From Antedon mediterranea (Eukaryota; Animalia; Echinodermata): a DNA stretch of 64,000 nucleotides. Positions 56,901-64,000 of the stretch are shown in pieces. The DNA lies in the NCBI RefSeq assembly GCF_964355755.1, contig NC_092679.1, positions 23,481,432-23,545,431 of the forward strand. The letters run 5' to 3'. The stretch's first letter is position 1, and every line of letters starts with the position of its first letter. The translations under genes were made by a program, and so were the position numbers. Under the pieces are notes generated by a model. It saw only the letters and a program-made list of their open reading frames with translations, was not told the DNA's origin and ran no database searches.

Positions 56901-59900
56901 ACACTGATTTAATTTTTGAAAATTGCATTTTATATTAGCGGAAAGTTCTCCTGACTATCGCTTCAGTGTTGGACAACTACCATCATGGGCAAAGAAACAG
57001 GTAATATATATTTTGTTGGTGCCAAAATTAATGCATTTAGTGTTCTTCAAAACAGTTTTCAGAATGCGACCCAAAGAAAATGTTATGCTGTAAACAGTGA
57101 TCTTAAAATTTGTAAACAAGTTTCTTTACCACAAAACTACTTCACTTTTGTTACTGTCCATTTTTTTAAGAAGTTATATACTAAGATTTGAATTTTGAAT
57201 TTGAACCTTCTGCCAATATTATATTTTATGTGACAATTTGTAGGTAATGGGACAAGATGACCAGGCTAGCCCTAGCACATACATCAGTCCATCACAACCT
57301 AAAGGTCGCTGGGCTCAGAGGCTAGACAAGGGCTTCAAGGTCAAGTCGGATATTAATGAAAGTATTCTGTTGAATCTTGATGACTGTATGGGTAAGGAAA
57401 AAATATCAATCATTACAATTAATGTACAGTCGACGCTACAAACCAGACTCTCTAAAAACTGGAAACCCCCTCCCATAACTAGACTTTTCTCAAGCTCTAT
57501 CTACACTCTAACTTTATGTGACAAAAATGTGATGTACCCAAATATGGTAGTGATATTACATTTTTTTGTCAAATAAAGTTTGAAAGACAGTTTAAAAAGG
57601 TCCCAAACTGACCACTGAAAACACATTCAGATACCAGAATTTCTGGGAAACCAATATAGGCCAGCCCAGGAGTGTCCTGTATTGGCGTATTAGAGAATTG
57701 ATTGTATTAAAAGTTAGTGTTCTGCCTCCAAATCAAATCTGTCTTGTTCTTAGATCGAAGACGATACACTGTAGAGCCTGACAGTATATCTGATCAAGTG
57801 AGTGAATTCTTAAACAGCTTATTTACTGTAAGTAATGTTTTAATTATTTGAAATGGCTGGCTTATGGTATATATCAGCATGCTGCACCCCATGCATACAG
57901 CCTCAGGTTTGACTCATGGTGTGTTATCATTACTAACATATCTGTAAGTATGAATAATGATATTCATGAACATATATATTGTTTTTATATATATTTTAAA
58001 GGCATATTTACTCTAAACCACACAGTAATGATCGTAAAGGCCCATTTACACTAGGACGATAACGATTGACGATAAATAGATAAGCATGCATTTTTTTTTA
58101 TATAAAACAAAATAATTTAGAAAGGTTTTTGTTCTAGAATTATAGAATACTCATTTATGCTGTCTTTGATAAAATAATATTTTTTAAAAATCCAATCAAA
58201 TGACGTCATGATCAATAAACAAAAAATATCGTTGTATTGTCACGATATTATTGCTCTTACTAATCATGACGTCATTTGATTGGACGTCTGAAAATATCAT
58301 TTTCATCAAAGGAAGCATAGATGGTTCCTAAATAGTCCTAGAATAAAAACTTTTTAGATTTCTTTTGTTTTATGTATGAGCAATGCATATTTGTTTATTT
58401 ATCGTCGATCGTTATCGTCCTAGTGTAAATGGGCCTTAATAGTGAACTCTGGAAGACCAAAAGGAGTCCTAATTTTCAACTCACCCAAACTTAAACTATG
58501 CCCCAGAACTTTATCATTAGGCTGCTGTTATTTGTATATGCATATATCTCACAAACACATACTATTATGTTATATAGCCCCTCATAATGTTTATCAAATG
58601 ATAAATAATTTATTTAATATCTTCAAAGAAATTTATTATAATAACTATGGTTTAGGGATAATTTTAAATATAGACTTCCACAATATATCAGAATTTATAA
58701 TTTCTTTTGATTTAAATTACATTGTAACATTGCAAGTGAGTGCTTTTCTAACACAGTATGAAATTCATTGCTTGGTTTCTTCATTTTAGTCTCAATTAGC
58801 AAAAAAGTGTAACGATCCTGTCCCAGTACTTCCACAGAAAATAGTTAAGAAGGTAACAACTACTGAATATGTTAATGTGATTTATGTTGAAGTGTGCTTT
58901 TTATGTTATGTCAATTTGAAAATGTTTATAAAACAGTGTTTTAAAGTCAGTTTTAAAAAGCTCAACATATAAAGAATGACTACGTGAAGAATGTGGCTTA
59001 TTCATTGTTTGGTCTTTTTCTTTTGTTTTCCTGTTGCTGTATAATTTTTATGAGGAAATTATCTCTCAATGATCAACATATTTTTGAAAATTAGATCCGA
59101 CTAAAATAAGCTTTTGTGGTGCCATTTATAAAAAATTAATTTACCTGAAAATCCATCCATAACATCTATTCTGCATTTACTTCACTGCATACAGTGTGAA
59201 GATAGAGTATCTATTCTAAACCATAACTTTTGATGAACCAGTGTAGTTTGTTTTGTACCATGTCATAATATCTGTGTGTTTGCCATGCTTTAATCATTAT
59301 CTTCACTATATTAACATTGCTATGTATAAATAACCTGTATTATATCAACTTGCATTTCGTTTGTAGTGTTCATTGTATTTAGTGCCATTGCTTTTGTTGC
59401 ATTCTTCCTCTACAGTGCTTACTTAATTGTCTTTCTTTGTCTTCAGTTTCGCATTATACCAGAACACCTGGTTAACCCCCTACTCATCACAAAGTATGTG
59501 AGACTTAAGTTCCACCATCTATGGAAGAATATTACTATATGTTTACAGTGTCCAGCTTTAACTGCTCATAAACCACTCAAATAAATTGTATTTTAAAATA
59601 AAACTAGTCCACATTATTTATCGGTTTCTGTAAATAATTATTTTCTTACATAAGGTTGAAAATAATTAAGCTGTAGTGGTATGAATATTGGGGCTGTAAG
59701 TGTAAAATATGGTGGAAGAACCTCAGTTTCAGTTGCATACTAAATATGAACGTCTTGTTTTGTTTGCTAACTAACAACTCTGTATAATGTAACAAATTGC
59801 TTTACTGCTTGTGGTGTCACGTGTTTAATTGTTTTAATTAAATTATGTTTGATAAATAGCTATAGATTAGCTGTATTTCAAAAATTGTCTTGTATTTGTC

Positions 59901-62900
59901 CATTAATACAATTTTTCCTTATTGTGGTCAATGTCCAGTAGCTATTTCTGAATATGATAACTAAATTAAATACTAAAATTAATAATTGTAAAGAAAATTG
60001 GTAAAACAAAATTAATATAACAAATTTTATTTTGTTTGTTTAGGATGAAGACTATAAAAATGGGAATGACGATGAGGTAAAGAATCTGTCATTTGAATCA
60101 ATAACTATCATTCATAACACGACAATGATTTGTATTGTATACCACTGACTTTGGTACATTATGTGTAATTTTTACAGTATCATAGGCGAATTCTTTGATA
60201 CAGTGTAACATGTGAACCTGTATTTATTTACCACATCAAATTTCGCTCCTTATAGAATTCCGATTTCCCAACTTGAAAAAATAAATGATACTTTCTATAA
60301 AAATTTTTTAATGTATCCAACATATAGGGTGCAATTGCCATTTAAAAATCTTGTGCATTACCGTCTATTGTCAAATGTTTAGAAATATTTTAATTATTTT
60401 TACAATAATTGTTGTAAAATTGATTTATTAGGAATTAGATATTAAGGATGAAGAATTTCAACCAGCTGAGCAAGTACTTGGACTACAACATCATGAACTA
60501 CAGGTAATTGGTTACCATCTGACCCATACAATACAGCTTTTGATAATGTAAATCTGTATTTTTTAAATGTATGGTTCTAGTTTTAATTCTTGTATTTCAT
60601 GTCTTGTCAAATAAATTATTTTTTAAAACTTGATTTAGTCTTTTGATATGCTGTTTATTATTGAATATGAATCAATTTATTAACAGACAAACAGCAATGT
60701 TACCGTATCCAGAGGTAGTGATTCCAGCATACAGTATGATCCAACTTCTGGCAGCAGCCAGTGGCAACCAGCGTCATCTCTTGACGATCAAGCACTGTTG
60801 CTGGAGAGTTTGGAAGAACAAGAGAAAGTGTTCTTTGAAGATGAAGAGGATGATGATGATGATGAGAATGAGACATCCATAATTATCTATCCTACTATTG
60901 GTGACACATCATCTGCACAAGACAGGTAAACTTATACCCCTTTCTCATCACCTAGTGAATCTCAAGAATTTACACACATGTGGGTATACAGAACTCCAAA
61001 TCAAGATTGGATAGCGACTTTTCAACACCTTATGTTGATGGAGATCAAGTTGTTCCACTGTATTACGTTGAGGGTGTTAAGAGTTATTAGTTTCTATATT
61101 CCTTTGAATTAATAATTTGTATTTTTAATTATTATTTTCTTTAGTGCATCATTTCAAGTAACAGAGACATCATTTATTGGAAGGAAATCACGGAAAAGTT
61201 CACGAGAGGAGAAAACCGGAGGAGACCAAGACACAGGTAAAACAAAGATATGACCAATACTTGAAACTTTATTCTGTATTTAGCTTTTATATTATGTGTA
61301 CTTGTTTCCATCCATAGAGATCACAGACATAGGATTATGTAAAAGAAAGGTCTCAGCAAAATATGTGATTCTGTATGTAGCTCATCTGTATGTCTATTTC
61401 CATTCATAAAGAGAACTCAAAATCACAGAAAAGTGTTCATATGTAAGGGAATTAAAAGCGACACAAAGGAGAATTTTGCACCAAAAAAATAAACCAAAAA
61501 TTATATCTATGGTTAGGAAATGTATTAAAATTGCAAACTATTATTTGTTCTAGTTCTGTTACCTTTTGTTCATCATTACAGTTAAAACTCAATTTACTTT
61601 AAGTTAATTGATTAAAACTTTATTGTACACAAAATTCATATCCAAAATGATTTTTGTTCTTATATTTTCTGTGTTAAGCTCTGTCTACACTATCAAACTT
61701 TATGTGACAAAAAAATGTGATGTGCCCATATATGGACATGATGATGTCATATCACTACCATATTTGGGAACATCACACTTTTTTTGTCAAACAAATTTGA
61801 TAGTCTAGACAAGGCTTTAGGAATGTTTTTAAAACATTAAATTGTGATTATAAGCTTTGGAAAGTTATGGATAAAATACATAATAAAATACATGGCATTA
61901 TTATAGGTGGCATTGCCGACAACTCTGATGATGATGAGGATGATGAGGAGGAAGAAGACGAAGATGAAAGTCAGGAATCATCACCATCTAACAATATTGA
62001 AGTGAATGGCTATAAAGACAGCCCTCAGACACCGGATGACGAGGATGATCAGAAGTTCCTAAAAAAGAATTACATATTCAAAGAGAAAGCATTGTTTGGG
62101 AAGTGTATGGAGCAACTTGAAGCCCAATTTGAAGCCCAATTCGCCAGTGAGTTAGATTTCCCTGGAAGACTGAGCTTGTCATCAAAGTTCTTGTCAAAAG
62201 CTCAACACAGTAATATAAGGTATGATAATGTTTATTGTATAGCGCCATTCGAATGGCACTGTCAAAAACACAAGTGTGTTTTGATAAGTGACTTGAAGCT
62301 GTCCAGAGCCTAGCTCCAACAATCCTATTTTCCATAAAATCATTTCTAATCTAAAGTTTTACAATATACAAATAATAAAATATTTGTATAATTTATTCAT
62401 AGAGGACGGATTGAACCTGTTTCCATCAACTTTCACATACCAGTAAGCACAGGCGAGGTATGTATAACTAATATAAATTACTATTATATGGTATTATACA
62501 GAAACGTAATATAATGTTCTACATTTTGTTTTAAGCACATTTTGTTTTACTAATATGAAACAATGTAAGGTCAGCACAACTGTACATAAGTAAACACTGT
62601 TAAACCAGAAGAACTACTGACACTCCAGCAAAACAACCATCCCACACGTTTTTATATTCATGCAATGGAATAAATAATATGATTTAGTTCATTTGTGGGA
62701 GGCCCTGTTTCATGTTCTGGCTGTTATTTATTATGTTTGTGTATTTATTATTTTGTTACTGTTTAAGACAAATAAATGAAATGATATGAAAAAAAAACAC
62801 GTTCTATTTTCACCTCATGAAAATAATTGTACCCTTGCACTTATAAACATGCATTATTTGTATATATTGTAAGCTAGTGGGAACCATGTGCAGTGCTTTA

Positions 62901-63157
62901 ATGCGTGTTGATGTTACAGAAAAAAGACTTTTTTAATAAGTATATGCTATTCTGGGGCATGTCTTGTCATCCTGTAGATGGTAGGCTTGGGAAGAGCTGC
63001 TGTATGGAATTTTTTGTAAAATTAGTACAGTATAATAGAAGGTTTATGTTATTCATTTTGTCTGCATCATAATTGTTGTGTGATGTATTAGTACCTACAG
63101 CGAAGAAAGGAAGAAATGGCGCGGGCCGTTGACGAGACTAGGAAACGTCTACAAGCC
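29940..63157 (+). CDS. MAPKBP1: MAPK-binding protein 1 / WDR62 family WD40-repeat protein, 3'-partial (at least 1196 codons, 30 coding exons in the window)
   Basis: Exons 29940-30062, 33385-33476 ([24 protein letters not shown]), 39078-39140, 39609-39666, 41125-41217, 42270-42386, 45240-45332, 45759-45941 ([22 protein letters not shown]), 46636-46796, 50120-50195, 50529-50786 ([23 protein letters not shown]), 51138-51381 ([21 protein letters not shown]), 53586-53711 ([20 protein letters not shown]), 54107-54177, 54585-54703, 54934-55121, 55910-55973, 56101-56208, 56427-56599, 56939-57000, 57244-57391 (PKGRWAQR), 57754-57797, 58790-58852, 60044-60076, 60432-60503, 60687-60925, 61145-61236, 61907-62219 (RLSLSSKFL), 62403-62457 and 63101-63157. 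All are GT-AG and phase-consistent. A tentative further exon lies at 63589-63639. Confidence 0.93.
31310..31450 (-). mobile_element. Probable LINE 3' tail remnant
   Basis: The minus strand has a stem-loop-like gaccaactagcataggtgtttagcacctgtttggtc followed by AATAAA and an A-rich tail. Confidence 0.4.
37647..38468 (+). mobile_element. PIF/Harbinger deletion derivative carrying a Myb/SANT-like gene remnant
   Basis: AAA|ggccctgtttctgctgccaact ... agttgcagcagaaacaggccc|AAA gives TIRs and a 3-bp TSD. There are many subterminal (a)ataccgtat / atacggtat motifs and no DDE transposase. Confidence 0.85.
37961..38258 (+). pseudogene. Frameshifted Myb/SANT-like (trihelix-type) DNA-binding domain of a Harbinger element
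   Basis: [10 protein letters not shown].. (from 37961), then a +1 shift into ..[71 protein letters not shown]. This matches the pattern W-s-E..LL...IY..IS.......Q...K.K.L+..Y.....SG....CP.YD of Myb/SANT-like domains. Confidence 0.75.
42887..44430. repeat. Tandem array of about 370-375-bp units with alternating A/B subtypes (about 745-bp higher-order repeat)
   Basis: Units start gatgttt/ggattcttgggttatt at 42887, 43262, 43633, 44007 and 44377. Units 1 and 3 share gaataacaaaattacatgacaattgg. Units 2 and 4 share aataaaaaat.a.aatttgt.tataatgaactgc. Confidence 0.92.
49678..49842. mobile_element. Degenerate Tc1/mariner(pogo)-like MITE family (remnants also near 10470-10522, 11545-11700 and 63660-63698)
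   Basis: Recurrent 3' end ccttgaataggggtgt(c/t)c...aaggag(t)ttctACTG|TA. Confidence 0.5.
51408..51505. mobile_element. MITE family A, partial
   Basis: agctctgtctactttatcaaact...tgtgatgtgccc...ccatatttgggcat. Confidence 0.75.
51927..52067. mobile_element. MITE family A
   Basis: agctctatttacact...gtttgatggtgtagacagagct. Confidence 0.85.
53785..54095 (+). mobile_element. tRNA-derived SINE remnant with a Nin/Deu-domain-like core
   Basis: A B-box-like ggttcgcatccc (53790) is followed by gcctttcaggtgagacgttaagctgttggtcc (53854-53885), which resembles the conserved CTTTCGGATGAGACGTTAAACCGAGGTCC core. It ends in an (att)n-like tail. Confidence 0.55.
57493..57590. mobile_element. MITE family A, internally deleted
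   Basis: agctctatctacact...tgtgacaaaaatgtgatgtacccaaatatggtagtgat...tttttgtcaaa. Confidence 0.7.
58038..58436. mobile_element. Foldback PIF/Harbinger-type MITE, TAA TSD
   Basis: TAA|aggcccatttacactaggacgataacgattgacgataaat ... atttatcgtcgatcgttatcgtcctagtgtaaatgggcct|TAA. The inverted symmetry continues inward to tccaatcaaatgacgtcatgat / atcatgacgtcatttgattgga. Confidence 0.92.
61677..61816. mobile_element. MITE family A, full length, TTA TSD
   Basis: TTA|agctctgtctacactatcaaact ... tttgatagtctagacaaggct|TTA. Confidence 0.88.
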
Positions 63158-64000
63158 GTAAGTGGTGCCACACAATTCACACATATTGGACCTAATATTC
63201 CCTGCGATGCTTTGTTTATATCTTGTTGCTAGGCTTTTTGTGTGATGTCATTTTTGTACATTGGTGTGGTTATAAATAGTATGAAAAGAAAAGAGATCCA
63301 ACCTTTGTTGAATTTGTATGTAAATTGTTCACATTTTTACTAGTAATAGGAAAACTTATTTAGTATTCCTATAGTGCTGGGGTTAAGTCATGACTCAGTA
63401 CCTTGATATTTCAAGTTGCCCCTGTCATTCTCAAAACCTTTTGATTACACTTTTTTTTTTCAAAATTTCCACCCACTCATGATTTTACTTTAGGGTAAAA
63501 AACCATTAAAAGGACATGTTCAGAACCCAACAAAATTTCACCTGAATGTTTGCTATCATGAGTGTCCACTTAAGCTTGGTTACCAAAGGACGAAAGCACA
63601 GTGACAAGCGATGGTTCAAATAATTCATCGCTTGGATCGGTAAATGAGTTGCGCTTACGTCCTTTAATAGGGTGTTTTACAAGGAGTGTTCTACTGTATT
63701 GCATATATGTCATATAAATTCAACATGTGGTTATTCTTTTTTCATTACTCTGCTGGTCTTTGAATGTTTACTGTAGTCTTAGAGATTGATCTGGTAGTTT
63801 TTACAAATCATATAAACAGCAAGAAAAACATTCATTTATTGTTTATTACAGTATGATTGATGCATGGTGTCCTAATTCTGAGTGATCAAGTATTCTTTAT
63901 TAAAATTGTTTATAAGAGTGCTCTAACAAACACATCACCGTTTCATAATTATTAATATTTTTATTTTAATATTTTTGTTTATTCAATAATATGATTAATT

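Noticed and set aside
63575-63639. Stop-codon readthrough or frameshift (cag TGA caa) in a MAPKBP1 exon
   Set aside because: Using the AG at 63587-63588 gives a clean 51-nt in-frame exon (DESTVTSDGSNNSSLGS), so no recoding is needed. It is unresolved without RNA data.

Overview
AT-rich, intron-rich animal genomic DNA. It is probably a marine invertebrate, possibly a deuterostome; this is inferred from repeat content only. Four spliced genes could be reconstructed by hand with consistent exon phases, arranged as two head-to-head pairs. The first pair is RPS27A (ubiquitin-eS31, minus, 156 aa) and a TTC7-family TPR protein (plus, about 834 aa). The second pair is a serine racemase-family PLP enzyme (minus, 318 aa) and a MAPKBP1/WDR62-family WD40 protein (plus, at least 1196 codons, running off the window end). 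The least obvious functional elements are three box C/D snoRNAs of the SNORD58 (U58) family, one in each of RPS27A introns 2, 3 and 4. The window opens with about 46 copies of a 98-bp satellite whose monomer appears to derive from a tRNA/SINE head. Introns hold many non-autonomous transposons: about 12 copies of one Tourist-like MITE family, a TGT..ACA Ginger-like element with a 4-bp TSD, a Harbinger derivative keeping only a broken Myb/SANT gene, LINE and SINE remnants, and a higher-order 370/745-bp tandem array. I see no prokaryote-type system (CRISPR, operon). Splice-junction coordinates were read by eye and may be off by a base or two.
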